The position numbers and the translations under genes were made by a program. The notes below the pieces were generated by a model. That model saw only the letters and a list, made by a program, of their open reading frames with translations. It made no database searches and was not told where the DNA came from. Shown here piece by piece: positions 26,063 through 36,590 of a stretch of 64,000 nt of DNA. The DNA lies in NCBI GenBank assembly GCA_050699415.1, contig JBOHDO010000135.1, forward strand, positions 112 through 64,111, read 5' to 3'. Every line of letters begins with the position of its first letter. The first letter of the stretch is position 1. The stretch comes from Marmoricola sp. Its GTDB lineage: Bacteria; Actinomycetota; Actinomycetes; Propionibacteriales; Nocardioidaceae.

Positions 26063-27691
26063 TCAGGGGAGCTCTACCCGGGCGCGCTCGATGATCGGGT
26101 CGAGGTCGAGGCCGGACGGCAGCGTGCCGAGCGCGCCTCCCCAGTCGCGGTGCAGCCGGGTCGCGCAGAACGCGTCGGCGACCGCGGCCGGGCCGTGACG
26201 CAGCAACAGCGAGCCACAGAAGACCAGCGCAAGCTGCTCCACGACCCGCCGGGCGCGCAGCTCGATGTCGTCGGCGGAGGTCAGCTCCTTGTGCAGCCGG
26301 GCCAGTGCCTCGTCGAAGCGGGCGTCGGCGCCGGCAGCCCGCTCCACCTCGCCGAAGTAGGCGTCGAGCGTCTCGGGCTCCCGGGCGATCGCGCGCAGCG
26401 TGTCCAGCGCGGCCACGTTGCCCGAGCCCTCCCAGATCGACAGCAGCGGCAGCTCACGGTAGATCCGGGCCATGTCGAAGTCCTCGATGTAGCCGTTGCC
26501 ACCCAGGCATTCCAGGGCCTCGGCCGCGTGCACCGGACCGCGCTTGCACACGTAGTACTTCGTGGCCGCCAGCGCGAGCCGGCGCAGTGCCGACTCGGCC
26601 TTGTCGCCACGGATCGCGCGGTCGCTCGCGCCGGCCAGCCGGAACATCGCCGCCGTGGCCGCCTCCGACTCGACGGAGAGGTCGGCGAGCACGTTGCGCA
26701 TCAGGGGCTGGTCGAGCAGCGGCCTGCCGAACGCGCTGCGGTACCGCGCGTGATGGGCCGCCCCGACCAGGGCGGTGCGCATCCCGGTCGCGGTACCGAC
26801 CACGCAGTCCAGCCGGGTCATGTTCACCATCTCCACGATGGTGCGCACGCCGCGGCCCTCCTCCCCGACAAGCCAGCCGACTGCACCGTCGTACTCGACC
26901 TCGGAGGAGGCGTTGGAGCGGTTGCCGAGCTTGTCCTTCAGCCGCATCAGGTGCATCGCGTTGCGCTCCCCGCCCGGCAGCGCCCGCGGCACGAGGAAGC
27001 ACGACAGCCCGCCCGGTGCCTGCGCGAGGGTGAGGAACAGGTCGCTCATCGGCGCGGAGGTGAACCACTTGTGGCCCACCAGGGTGTAGGTGCCGTCGGT
27101 CTGCGGCGTGGCCGAGGTGGTGTTGGCCCGGACGTCGGAGCCGCCCTGCTTCTCGGTCATCGACATGCCGGCGACCAGGCCGCGCTTGGTGGCCGGGTCG
27201 CGCAGCCCCGGATCGTAGACCGTGCTGGCCAGCAGCGGCTCGAACCGCGCGGCCAGGTCGGGGTTCGCCCGCAGCGCGGGGACCGCCGCGTAGGTCATCG
27301 AGACCGGGCAGCCGTGGCCGGCGTCGACCGACCAGACCATGAACTTCGCGGCCCGGGCGACGTGGGCGCCGGGCCGGTCGTCCGCCCAGGGCGCCGCGTG
27401 CAGGCCGTGACCGATCGCGGTCTCCATGAGCCGGTGGTACGCCGGCACGTACTCGACCTCGTCGATGCGGTGCCCGTACCGGTCGTGGGTGAGCAGCCGG
27501 GGCGGGTACCGCTCGGCAAGCCGGCCCCACTCCCGTGCCTGCTCGGACCCGGCGAGCCGGCCGAGCTCGGCGACCTCATCGAGCGCCCAGCCGGCGCCCT
27601 CGCGATGGAGCCCCTCGCGCAGCGCTGGGTCGGCGGAGGTGTCGTGGCCCACCAGCGGCGGGACCTGGTTGAGGACCTCGTGAGTTGTCAT
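26063..27691 (-). CDS. AidB-like acyl-CoA dehydrogenase (FadE8-like)
   Basis: CPVSMT, MTEKQGGSDV, GHKWFTSAP, RLKDKLGNRSNAS, ECLGGNGY, IWEGSGNV. Confidence 0.95.
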   Translation of the reverse strand: MTTHEVLNQVPPLVGHDTSADPALREGLHREGAGWALDEVAELGRLAGSEQAREWGRLAERYPPRLLTHDRYGHRIDEVEYVPAYHRLMETAIGHGLHAAPWADDRPGAHVARAAKFMVWSVDAGHGCPVSMTYAAVPALRANPDLAARFEPLLASTVYDPGLRDPATKRGLVAGMSMTEKQGGSDVRANTTSATPQTDGTYTLVGHKWFTSAPMSDLFLTLAQAPGGLSCFLVPRALPGGERNAMHLMRLKDKLGNRSNASSEVEYDGAVGWLVGEEGRGVRTIVEMVNMTRLDCVVGTATGMRTALVGAAHHARYRSAFGRPLLDQPLMRNVLADLSVESEAATAAMFRLAGASDRAIRGDKAESALRRLALAATKYYVCKRGPVHAAEALECLGGNGYIEDFDMARIYRELPLLSIWEGSGNVAALDTLRAIAREPETLDAYFGEVERAAGADARFDEALARLHKELTSADDIELRARRVVEQLALVFCGSLLLRHGPAAVADAFCATRLHRDWGGALGTLPSGLDLDPIIERARVELP

Positions 27692-27696
27692 GGCGT

Positions 27697-28695
27697 TCAC
27701 CCCTTGTTGGTGGAGGGTCCGTGGTCGTCGTACGGCGCGGCGTCGCGCTCGCGCACCGCCTGACGGAAGCCCGCCTCGGCGGCGCGCTGCTGGAAGGCGT
27801 GGCCCTCCCGGGTGTGGCGGGCGATGCCGTCGAAGACGGTGCCGACCATGCGGCTGGCCTCGACGCCCTGGGCGAGCAGGACGGAGTTGAGCGCGAGCTT
27901 GGCCATCATCAGCTGGTTGAGCGGCATCGCGGCGATCCGCTGCAGCAGGACCTCGGTGCGCTCGTCCAGGGCCTCCGGCTCGGGGGCCTCGACCGCGAGG
28001 CCCCACTCGAGAGCCTCGCGCCCGCTCAGGCAGTCACCGGTGAAGAGCAGCCGTTTCGCCCGCTGGTCGCCGAGCCGGTGAGCCCAGAGCCCGGCACTCG
28101 GCACACCCCAGACCCGGACGGGCGGATAGCCGATCTTGGCGTCGGCGGCGATGACGATCTGGTCGCAGTGCAGCGCGATGTCGGTGCCGCCCGCGATGCA
28201 GAAGCCGTGGATCTTCGCGACGGTGGGCTTGTCGGCGTGCAGCAGGCTGGCGAAGCCGCGGGTGAACCGGCTCATCATCGCGTAGTCGACCATCGGGTCC
28301 CAGGTGCCGGCCGGGTCGTGGTTGTCGACCTGCACGGCCGGGTCGAGCACGGTGCCCGCGTGGTCGGCCGACCCGGGGCCCGCGTCGGTGAGGTGCTCGG
28401 CGCTGGCGGCCAGGTCGTAGCCCCCGCAGAAACCCTTGCCGCGTCCCGAGAGCACGATGACGTGGACCCGCGGGTCGAGGTCGGCACGCTCGACCGCATC
28501 GGCGAGCTCGACCGGGGTCTGCGGGGTGATCGCGTTGCCCTGCTCGGGCCGGTCGAAGGTGACCCGGGCGATCCGGCCGTCGACCTCGTAGGTGAGGGTG
28601 CGGTAGTCGGGCACGTCCTCGGGCGGGGGTGCGGCGTGCCGGTACGGCGAGTCGTCCCCGGCACGGTTGTCCCGACGCCAGGTTGCCTCTCCCAT
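27697..28695 (-). CDS. Crotonase/enoyl-CoA hydratase family protein (EchA4-like)
   Basis: FCGGYDL, KIHGFCIAGG, IGYPPVRVWG, AKRLLFTGD, FDGIARH. Confidence 0.92.
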   Translation of the reverse strand: MGEATWRRDNRAGDDSPYRHAAPPPEDVPDYRTLTYEVDGRIARVTFDRPEQGNAITPQTPVELADAVERADLDPRVHVIVLSGRGKGFCGGYDLAASAEHLTDAGPGSADHAGTVLDPAVQVDNHDPAGTWDPMVDYAMMSRFTRGFASLLHADKPTVAKIHGFCIAGGTDIALHCDQIVIAADAKIGYPPVRVWGVPSAGLWAHRLGDQRAKRLLFTGDCLSGREALEWGLAVEAPEPEALDERTEVLLQRIAAMPLNQLMMAKLALNSVLLAQGVEASRMVGTVFDGIARHTREGHAFQQRAAEAGFRQAVRERDAAPYDDHGPSTNKG

Positions 28696-28758
28696 GCCCC
28701 CCACATTACAGTTCGAGAACCAGTTGTGTCCAGATCCGTAGCGTGCGAAGGTGCCGTC

Positions 28759-29487
28759 ATGAGCCAATCCCCGGCAACGGCGCTGACGCCGCTCCCGGCG
28801 CGCTCGGTCGTGCTCAGCCTGCTGCTGGGCTCGCACCCGACCCGGATGAGCCCGGCGGAGCTGACCCGGGCCGCCGAGCACCTCGGTGTCCCGGCAACGA
28901 CCGTGCGCGTGGCGCTCACCCGGGCGGTGGGGGCCGGGGACCTGCGCCGGGTCGACGGTGGCTACGCGCTCGGCGAGCGGCTGCTGGGCCGCGAGCGGCG
29001 CCAGCGCGAGGCGGTCGAGGACGCCGAGACCCCGTGGGACGGCAGCTGGGAGATGGCCGTGGTCGTGGTCGCCGGCCGCCCGGGTGCCGAGCGTGCGGCG
29101 CTGCGCGACTCGCTGACGGCGTACCGGCTGGCCGAGCTGCGGGAGGGAGTGTGGACCCGTCCGGCGAACCTCAGCCGCTCCCCCGCCTACGACCGAGACC
29201 CGGTGCTGAGCACGTTCCGGGCCCACCCGGCGCAGGATGCCGCGGAGCTGGCCGCCGGCCTGTGGGACCTCGCCGGCTGGTCGACCCGGGGACGCGAGCT
29301 GCTCTCGCTGCTGGCCGCCACCACGCGGCCGGCCCTCCGGCTCACGGTCGCGGCCCACGTCGTACGCCACCTCACCGCCGACCCGCTGCTCCCCCGCACG
29401 CTGCTGCCCAGAGACTGGCCGGCGGCCGAGCTGCGCTCGGCGTACGCCGCGTACCAGGCAGAGCTGCGCACGCTGGCGCGCTCGTAG
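28759..29487 (+). CDS. PaaX-family transcriptional regulator (Rv0674-like)
   Basis: ARSVVLSLLLG, TVRVALTR, WDGSW, LREGVWTRP, DPLLPRTLLPRDWP. Confidence 0.9.
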   Translation: MSQSPATALTPLPARSVVLSLLLGSHPTRMSPAELTRAAEHLGVPATTVRVALTRAVGAGDLRRVDGGYALGERLLGRERRQREAVEDAETPWDGSWEMAVVVVAGRPGAERAALRDSLTAYRLAELREGVWTRPANLSRSPAYDRDPVLSTFRAHPAQDAAELAAGLWDLAGWSTRGRELLSLLAATTRPALRLTVAAHVVRHLTADPLLPRTLLPRDWPAAELRSAYAAYQAELRTLARS

Positions 29488-29569
29488 CCGCATCGCGAGC
29501 CACCCCGTCGTCCCCGCTCGACCGATCCCGCTGTGCGACCGCCAGGCGCGAGCTGCAACGCTTCGGCCC

Positions 29570-30074
29570 ATGCGAGGCGAGGCCAGCCGCACCGCCGTCC
29601 TGGTCTGTCAGGGCCGGGCGGCGGCACATGACCGGATCGCGGTCGGACGGTTCAGCGACCCGGTGCTCAGGGCATCGTGGCGACCTGCAGACCACGTGGG
29701 TGTGGGAAGGCGTCGTGCCCTATCTGACCGATGCCGAGGTCGACGCGACTCTCGCCGCGGTCGCGGCACGATCTGCCCGGGGGAGCCGGCTCGTGGTCAA
29801 CTACCAGGTCCCTTCGGCCAAGGCGGGCATGGGCCGTCTGATCGGACGCGCGATGATGAGGCTGGCGCGCAGCCCGGATCCCTGGAGCGACGAACCACAT
29901 CGTTCCCACTGGACCCCGCACCGACTGTCCAGGCTGCTCGGAGGTCATGGGTTCACCACACTGCGCGACAGCGACCTCCTGGAGGTCTCGCTGCAGCTGG
30001 CGCTGCCCGCCCGGGCGGGTGACCTCGGCGGCTCGCTCCCCAACGGGCACGTCCTCGTCGCCGAGCGCCGGTGA
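29570..30074 (+). pseudogene. LCM/Ppm1-family SAM-dependent methyltransferase with an internal deletion and frameshift
   Basis: The N-terminal ASRTAVLVCQGRAAAH..GRFSDP frame switches near 29665 to the TTWVWEGVVPYLT frame. The central SAM-binding GAGLD/EVD segment is absent. Confidence 0.8.
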
Positions 30075-30184
30075 CCACTGGTCGGGCCCAAGGCCTGTGG
30101 CAGCACTGGTGAGGCCATGGTCTTCCACCCCGCAGCGGCTGATCCTGGTGGCGCCCGGCCGGCCACGTGGACTTCTGATCGATC

Positions 30185-30280
30185 GAGGAGGTAGCCCGCC
30201 ATGCCAGCCGGGTTGGCCAGCGCGAGCAGGTGACCGCCGGGCAGTACGTCGGGCTCGACGCCCAGTCGCTCCTTGGCCAC
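30185..30280 (-). pseudogene. C-terminal fragment of an alpha/beta hydrolase
   Basis: AKERLGVEPDVLPGGHLLALANP resembles the catalytic-His segment (PGGH) of alpha/beta hydrolases. The rest of the gene is missing. Confidence 0.6.
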
Positions 30281-30308
30281 GCAGGCCGCTGACCTGCGGT
30301 TTTGTCGG

Positions 30309-30380
30309 TGGGCGCAGCAGGGATCGAACCTGCGACCCCCTCCTTGTAAGGGAGGTGCTCTACCGCTGAGCTATGCGCCC
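30309..30380 (-). tRNA. tRNA-Val (anticodon TAC)
   Basis: Acceptor GGGCGCA/TGCGCCC, D arm GCTC/GAGC, anticodon arm CCTCC-CTTACAA-GGAGG, T arm GCAGG-TTCGATC-CCTGC. CCA is not fully encoded (ACCG). Confidence 0.98.
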
Positions 30381-30480
30381 GGGCACCCACGGGCGGCCGC
30401 GGGTCCGGCACAGACTACGGGAGCGGGCGGCGGGGGCCGAACCGGCGGGAAGCCCACGCCGGTGACCTTCGCGGAAGCGG

Positions 30481-30528
30481 GCACAAAAAGTTGCGACCGC
30501 TGGCGTCTCGGGTCACCAGCGATCGCAA
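30481..30528 (-). terminator. Intrinsic terminator downstream of ahpE
   Basis: Minus strand: TTGCGATCGCTGG / CCAGCGGTCGCAA 13-bp stem followed by CTTTTT. Confidence 0.75.
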
Positions 30529-30657
30529 CGACTTCATTTTGACCCACGCCCTTCCGGATTCCAAGGGGTTCTGCCCAACTCGCCGGAAAATGGCCCGAAC
30601 GGACTATGCGGCTGCGAGGAAAGGTACTGCGGTCGCAGCCGGCAGCCGGCAGCTGGC

Positions 30658-31140
30658 CTAGCTCCGCCGCTGGGCCCGCTCCGGCAGCCGCGCCAGCGCC
30701 GCGGCGTGCTCGTCGAGGTCGCGGGGCACGGCCGGGTCGTTGTGGACCGACCAGGCGATCCGGCCCTCCGGGTCGACCAGGTACGACGACCGGCGGGCCC
30801 CTCCGGTGCGCTCGTCCAGCACGTCGTACGCGGCCGCGACCTCGCCGTGCGGCCAGAAGTCCGAGAGCAGCGGGAAGAACAGGGCGTCGCGGTCGGCGAA
30901 CGCCCGCTGGCTGAACACCGGGTCGCAGGAGAGCGCCATCAGGGTGGCCGCCTCGGTCTCGAAGTCGCCCAGTCGGTCCCGAAACCCGATCAGCTCGCCA
31001 GTGCAGACCCCGCTGAACGCGAACGGGTAGAAGACCAGCAACACCGCCTTGTTCCCGCGGTGCGCCGAAAGCGTGTGGCTGGCGCCGTGCTGGTCGCGCA
31101 AGGTGAAGTCCGGGGCGACGGCACCGATCTCGAGAGGCAT
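30658..31140 (-). CDS. ahpE: Peroxiredoxin, AhpE-like
   Basis: APDFTLRDQHG, FYPFAFSGVCTGEL (peroxidatic Cys), LLSDFWPHG. Syntenic with DUF3052 and aceE. Confidence 0.9.
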   Translation of the reverse strand: MPLEIGAVAPDFTLRDQHGASHTLSAHRGNKAVLLVFYPFAFSGVCTGELIGFRDRLGDFETEAATLMALSCDPVFSQRAFADRDALFFPLLSDFWPHGEVAAAYDVLDERTGGARRSSYLVDPEGRIAWSVHNDPAVPRDLDEHAAALARLPERAQRRS

Positions 31141-31177
31141 GTCCCGGACCCTATCCGCCCGGGTGAAGACCGAGCGG

Positions 31178-32812
31178 TCAGCCGTCCCGGTTCGCCAGCT
31201 CGCGCTTGAGCACCTTGCCGGTGGCGTTGCGGGGCAGCTCGTCGAGGAAGACGATCTCGCGAGGAACCTTGAACCGGGCGAGGTTCTGCTTGACCCAGTC
31301 CTTGAGCTGCTCCTCGTCGGCCTCGGCGCCGTCCTCCAGCACCACGAACGCCCGCAACCGCTTGCCGAACTCGGGATCGTCCACACCGACCGCGGCCGCC
31401 TCCGTGACGGACTCGTGCCGCGCCAGGCAGTCCTCGACCTCCTGGGGGAAGACGTTCTCCCCGCCGGAGACGATCATCTCGTCGTCGCGGCCCTCCACGA
31501 ACAGCCGGCCGGCCTCGTCGATGCGGCCGACGTCCCCGCTGGCCATCAGGCCGTCGATCCGCTGCTTGTGGCCGCCGCCGGTGTAGCCCCCGAACAGCAT
31601 CGAGTTCCCCACGAAGATGCGGCCGGTCCGCCCGCGCGGGACGAGGTCGCCGCTCTCGTCGTACAGCCGCACCACGGTGTTGGGCGGCGGCCGCCCGGCG
31701 GTCCCGGGCGCGGCCCGCATGTCCTGAGGCGTGGCGATCGTCGCCCACGCCACCTCGGTGGAGCCGTAGGTGTTGTAGAGGTTGTCGCCGAAGCTGTCCA
31801 TCCACTCGGAGGCCAGGTCACCGGGCAGCGCCGAGCCGGACGCCGCGACCACCCGCAGCGAGGAGTAGTCGCCGCTGTGCTCCTGCTCCGGCAGCTGCAG
31901 CATGCGCTGCAGCATCACCGGGATCACCACCAGCCCGTCACACCGGTGCCGTTCCACCACGGCGAGGGCCTCGGCCGGGTCGAACCGGCGGCGCAGCACC
32001 ACGGTCGAGCCGAGCAGCATCGCGAGGTTCAGGTGGGCCCAGCCCCAGGTGTGGAACATCGGTGCGGCGACGTGGGTGACGCCCCCGGACTGGAACGGCA
32101 TCGTCAACAGCGCCACGGCACCGTCGATGCCGGTCTCGTCGCGGGGGGCGCCCTTGGGGCTTCCGGTCGTGCCCGATGTCAGGATCACCGGCCGGCTCGC
32201 CCGTCCCGGGGGCCGGAGCCGTTGCAACGAGCCCGAGGCGATCAGGTCATCGACCAGGGGGTACGACGCGGACCCGGAGTCGCCGTCGTGCCAGGCCACG
32301 ATCCGGGGCACCTCGATGCCGGCGGCATCGACGAGCTCGCCGAACTCCTCGTCGTAGACGATGGCCGTGGTCGACTCGCGCCCGCAGACCTCGCCGATCT
32401 GCGGCGCGGCGAACGCGGTGTTGAGGTAGAGGATGTCGGCGCCCAGCTTCGCCAGGGCGGTCGAGACCTCCACGAAACCGCGGTGGTTGCGGATCAGCAG
32501 CGCGACGCTGCTCCCGGCCCGGATACCCCGGCCCGCGAGCGCGTTCGCCAGCCGGGTGGACCGGTCGTCCACCTCACGCCAGGTCAGCTGCCCCAGTTCG
32601 TCGATCACGAAGACGTCGTCGGGGCGCAGCCGGGCCACCGCCCCGACGCCGCCGGCGAAGCCGAGGCCCCAGCCCTTCAGCGCCCAGCCCGCGCCGCCCA
32701 GGTGGAGCGGGTGATAGGGCCGGATCACGCCGGCGTGCGCCATGGTCCGCACCATGCCGCCCTGCCGCATTGCCTGCCTGAGGGCCTTCCGGCCGAGATC
32801 GGTGAGCATCAT
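31178..32812 (-). CDS. Acyl-CoA synthetase (FadD2/FadD12-like)
   Basis: LTSGTTGSPKG, YGSTE, SGDVG, GRDDEMIVSGGEN, GKVLK. ATGA overlap with the DUF3052 stop. Confidence 0.93.
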   Translation of the reverse strand: MMLTDLGRKALRQAMRQGGMVRTMAHAGVIRPYHPLHLGGAGWALKGWGLGFAGGVGAVARLRPDDVFVIDELGQLTWREVDDRSTRLANALAGRGIRAGSSVALLIRNHRGFVEVSTALAKLGADILYLNTAFAAPQIGEVCGRESTTAIVYDEEFGELVDAAGIEVPRIVAWHDGDSGSASYPLVDDLIASGSLQRLRPPGRASRPVILTSGTTGSPKGAPRDETGIDGAVALLTMPFQSGGVTHVAAPMFHTWGWAHLNLAMLLGSTVVLRRRFDPAEALAVVERHRCDGLVVIPVMLQRMLQLPEQEHSGDYSSLRVVAASGSALPGDLASEWMDSFGDNLYNTYGSTEVAWATIATPQDMRAAPGTAGRPPPNTVVRLYDESGDLVPRGRTGRIFVGNSMLFGGYTGGGHKQRIDGLMASGDVGRIDEAGRLFVEGRDDEMIVSGGENVFPQEVEDCLARHESVTEAAAVGVDDPEFGKRLRAFVVLEDGAEADEEQLKDWVKQNLARFKVPREIVFLDELPRNATGKVLKRELANRDG

Positions 32813-33228
32813 GGGGTCTTGGGGGCCACGAGCCGGGTGGCGGCCCAGTCCTTGCTGACCGCCACGGTCGTGGTGGTGGCCAGCCCCGCGACCGGGGCCG
32901 CCTCGCTGATCTCGGAGGGTTCCACCGCTCCCGCCCGGCCGATCTTGGGAGTCATCACCCAGATGGCTCCGCCGCCGACGAGGTCGGTCAGGGAGTCGAC
33001 CAGGGCATCCACCAGGTCGCCATCGCCGTCGCGCCACCACAACAGCACCGCGTCGACGACGTCGCCGTGGTCGCCGTCGACCAGGTCGGCGTCGATGGCG
33101 TCCTCCAGCGAGACCCGCAGGTCGTCGTCGACGTCCTCGTCCCAGCCCAGCTCCTGCACCGTCATGCCGGGCTTGAGGCCCATCCGGTTGCCGGCCTCGG
33201 CCTCCGCGCCGCCCGCGGTCGCGCTCAC
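32809..33228 (-). CDS. DUF3052 family protein
   Basis: VQELGWDEDVDDDLR, VDAVLLWWRDGDGDLVDAL, IWVMTPKIGR. Confidence 0.93.
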   Translation of the reverse strand: MSATAGGAEAEAGNRMGLKPGMTVQELGWDEDVDDDLRVSLEDAIDADLVDGDHGDVVDAVLLWWRDGDGDLVDALVDSLTDLVGGGAIWVMTPKIGRAGAVEPSEISEAAPVAGLATTTTVAVSKDWAATRLVAPKTP

Positions 33229-33540
33229 GTGTCGGTCCCCAATCTGTGGTCTGGCCCGGTCGGTCTGACTGACCGCCGGGACTCGCTGGTACGTCGGTAG
33301 CGCAAGTCCAGCGGACTCCCCCGCCGAGCGCAAGTACCCCACCGGCACCGTCCTGACTGCGAGACGGCCGCGCCACCACGTCGGGACGGCCCGGCCGGGA
33401 CGGCTCGGCCACCGGACGGCCCTCCCGCACGGGCCGCTGCAGGGGCCGCTGCACCGTCCCTGCACGGCCGGCCCACACGGCGCAGGCTCCTACCGTTGAG
33501 TAGATTCCCCTGCCCTTTCCCGACGTGGGACGATGCAGGA

Positions 33541-36327
33541 GTGACGACCTCGCAAGACCGCAATGACACAGGGGCCCCGCACAACCCACCGGTGATCCAC
33601 GAGGGCCTGCCCACCCAGCTCCCCGACATCGACCCCGACGAGACCACGGAGTGGATCGAGTCGTTCGACGAGATGGTGCAACAGCGCGGCCGGGAACGGG
33701 CCCGCTACGTGATGCTGCGGCTGCTGGAGCGCGCCCGCGAGGAGCGCGTCGGCGTGCCGGCACTGCGCAGCACCGACTACATCAACACCATCCCCCCGGA
33801 GAAGGAGCCGTGGTTCCCCGGTGACGAGGACGTGGAACGGCGGATCCGGGCCTTCATCCGCTGGAACGCAGCCGTCATGGTCTCCGCGGCCAACCGGAAG
33901 GGTCTCGAGGTCGGCGGCCACATCGCCACCTACCAGTCCGCCGCCTCGCTGTACGAAGTGGGCTTCAACCACTTCTTCCGGGGACGCAACCACCCCGGGG
34001 GCGGCGACCAGGTCTACTTCCAGGGCCATGCCTCGCCGGGCATCTACGCCCGCGCCTTCCTGGAGGGCCGACTGGAGGAGTCGATGCTCTCGCACTTCCG
34101 GCAGGAGGTGCAGCACGGCGTGGGCAACGGACTGTCGTCGTACCCCCACCCGCGGCTGATGCCGGACTTCTGGGAGTTCCCCACGGTCTCGATGGGCCTG
34201 ACCGCGCTGGCTGCGCTCTACCAGGCGCGGTTCAACCGCTACCTGCACAACCGCGGCGTGAAGGACACCAGCCAGCAGCACGTGTGGGCGTTCCTCGGCG
34301 ACGGCGAGATGGGCGAGCCGGAGTCACTGGGCGCCATCGGGCTGGCCGCCCGGGAGGAGCTGGACAACCTCACGTTCGTGATCAACTGCAACCTGCAGCA
34401 GCTCGACGGTCCGGTGCGCGGAAACGGCAAGATCATCCAGGAGCTGGAGTCGTTCTTCCGTGGCGCCGGGTGGAACGTGATCAAGGTGGTCTGGGGCCGC
34501 GAGTGGGACCAGCTGCTGGCCCGCGACGTCGACGGCGCGCTGGTCAACAAGATGAACAGCACCCCCGACGGCGCCTTCCAGACCTACTCGGTGGAGTCGG
34601 GCGACTACATCCGGGAGAACTTCTTCGGCGGCGACCCGCGGCTACGCAAGATGGTCGAGCACATGACCGACGAACAGATCCGCAAGCTGCCGCGGGGCGG
34701 ACACGACTACCGCAAGGTGTACGCCGCGTTCAAGGCTGCCACCGACCACGTGGGCCAGCCGACGGTGATCCTGGCCAAGACGATCAAGGGCTGGACCATC
34801 GACGCGCTGGAGGGCAAGAACGCCACGCACCAGATGAAGAAGCTGACCAAGGACGACCTGAAGAAGTTCCGCGACCGGCTCTACCTGCCGATCAGCGACC
34901 AGCAGATCGACAGCGCCGAGGTGGCCCCGTTCTTCCACCCGGGACCCGACTCGCCGGAGATCGAGTACATGATGGAGCGGCGCTCCCAGCTCGGCGGCCC
35001 GATGCCCCGGCGTGTGGTCGACCCGAAGCCCCTGAAGCTGCCTGGCGACGCTGTCTACGGCGAGCTCAAGCAGGGGTCGGGCAAGCAGAAGGTTGCCACC
35101 ACGATGGCGCTGGTGCGGCTGCTGAAGGACCTGATGAAGGACGAGGAGATCGGGCCCCGGATCGTGCCGATCGCGCCGGACGAGTTCCGCACCTTCGGGA
35201 TGGACTCGATGTTCCCGACCGCGAAGATCTACAGCCCGCACGGCCAGATCTACGAGTCGGTGGACCGCAAGCTGCTGCTCGCCTACAAGGAGGCGAAGCA
35301 GGGTCAGCTGCTGCACGAGGGGATCTCCGAGTCCGGCGCCGTGGCGTCGGCGATCGCGGCCGGGTCGTCGTACGCGACCCATGGCGAACCGATGATCCCG
35401 TTCTATTTCTTCTACTCGATGTTCGGGTTCCAGCGCACCGGCGACTCCATCTGGGCGATGGCCGACCAGATGGCCCGCGGCTTCCTCATCGGCGCGACGG
35501 CGGGCCGGACCACGCTGACCGGTGAGGGCCTGCAGCACGCCGACGGGCACTCGCCGCTGCTGGCGGCCACCAACCCCGCGGCCGTGCACTACGACCCGGC
35601 GATGGCCTACGAGGTCTCCTACATCGTCAAGGACGGGCTGCGCCGGATGTACGGCAGCAGCGAGGAGCACCCGCACGGCGAGGACGTCTTCTACTACCTC
35701 ACCGTCTACAACGAGCCGGCGGCGCAGCCCGCGCAGCCGGAGGACCTCGACGTCGAGGGCCTGCTCAAGGGCATCTACCGGTACGCCGGGCCGCCCGACC
35801 TGCCCAAGGACGCTCCGCAGGTCCAGCTGCTCGCCTCGGGCGTGGCCTTCCCCTGGATCATCGAGGCGCAGCGGATGCTCGCCGAGGAGTGGGGGGTGGC
35901 CGCACACCTGTGGTCGGTGACCTCGTGGAACGAGCTCGCCCGCGAGGCCGTCGAGACCGAGAAGTGGGCGCTGAACCACCCCGACGAGCAGGCGCCGGTC
36001 CCCTACGTGGCCGGTCGGCTGGACGGCACCGAGGGTCCGGCGGTGGCGGTCACCGACTTCATGCGGGCCGTGCCGCTGCAGATCGCGCGGTGGGTGCCCA
36101 ACGACTTCCACGTGCTGGGCACCGACGGATTCGGGTTCGCCGACACCCGGCCCGCGGCGCGGCGGTTCTTCCAGGTGGACGCACCCTCGGTCGTGGTGCA
36201 GGCGCTGCAGGCGCTGGCCCAGCAGGGCGAGGTGAAGTCCGAGCAGGTGGCCGAGGCGTTCGCGAAGTACCGCATCGACGACCCGACCGCTGCCGCCGGC
36301 GCGTCCCAGGAGGGCGCGGACTCCTGA
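33541..36327 (+). CDS. aceE: Pyruvate dehydrogenase E1, homodimeric type
   Basis: [57 protein letters not shown] start at 33541 inferred. Confidence 0.97.
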   Translation: MTTSQDRNDTGAPHNPPVIHEGLPTQLPDIDPDETTEWIESFDEMVQQRGRERARYVMLRLLERAREERVGVPALRSTDYINTIPPEKEPWFPGDEDVERRIRAFIRWNAAVMVSAANRKGLEVGGHIATYQSAASLYEVGFNHFFRGRNHPGGGDQVYFQGHASPGIYARAFLEGRLEESMLSHFRQEVQHGVGNGLSSYPHPRLMPDFWEFPTVSMGLTALAALYQARFNRYLHNRGVKDTSQQHVWAFLGDGEMGEPESLGAIGLAAREELDNLTFVINCNLQQLDGPVRGNGKIIQELESFFRGAGWNVIKVVWGREWDQLLARDVDGALVNKMNSTPDGAFQTYSVESGDYIRENFFGGDPRLRKMVEHMTDEQIRKLPRGGHDYRKVYAAFKAATDHVGQPTVILAKTIKGWTIDALEGKNATHQMKKLTKDDLKKFRDRLYLPISDQQIDSAEVAPFFHPGPDSPEIEYMMERRSQLGGPMPRRVVDPKPLKLPGDAVYGELKQGSGKQKVATTMALVRLLKDLMKDEEIGPRIVPIAPDEFRTFGMDSMFPTAKIYSPHGQIYESVDRKLLLAYKEAKQGQLLHEGISESGAVASAIAAGSSYATHGEPMIPFYFFYSMFGFQRTGDSIWAMADQMARGFLIGATAGRTTLTGEGLQHADGHSPLLAATNPAAVHYDPAMAYEVSYIVKDGLRRMYGSSEEHPHGEDVFYYLTVYNEPAAQPAQPEDLDVEGLLKGIYRYAGPPDLPKDAPQVQLLASGVAFPWIIEAQRMLAEEWGVAAHLWSVTSWNELAREAVETEKWALNHPDEQAPVPYVAGRLDGTEGPAVAVTDFMRAVPLQIARWVPNDFHVLGTDGFGFADTRPAARRFFQVDAPSVVVQALQALAQQGEVKSEQVAEAFAKYRIDDPTAAAGASQEGADS

Positions 36328-36560
36328 TGCCCCCGACCGGCCGGGCCGGCAGGATATGGCACGACCTGCTGTACGGCGTACGCCGGGCGTGGCTGGCGTT
36401 CGCGCTCGGCGTGGTGATGTTCCTGGTCGCGATCCCGGCGGTCGACGACCTCGACCGGCTGTGCCGCGCGCTCGGGGTCGCGCTGCTCGTGCTCGGCGGC
36501 GTGATCGTGGCAGCCACGATCGGGCTCCGGACCCGCGACGCCGGCGCACCCGGCGGGTGA
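36327..36560 (+). CDS. Small two-TM hypothetical membrane protein (77 aa)
   Basis: The ATG overlaps the aceE stop (TGATG). Two hydrophobic helices and a high-GC3 frame. Confidence 0.65.
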   Translation: MPPTGRAGRIWHDLLYGVRRAWLAFALGVVMFLVAIPAVDDLDRLCRALGVALLVLGGVIVAATIGLRTRDAGAPGG

Positions 36561-36590
36561 GGCTGCCTACGAGGGGTGAGCACTCGGTGG

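Noticed and set aside
33431-33453. GGGCCGCTGCA x2 in the aceE/DUF3052 gap
   Set aside because: Only two GC-rich copies, so it could be chance, and I can attach no function.
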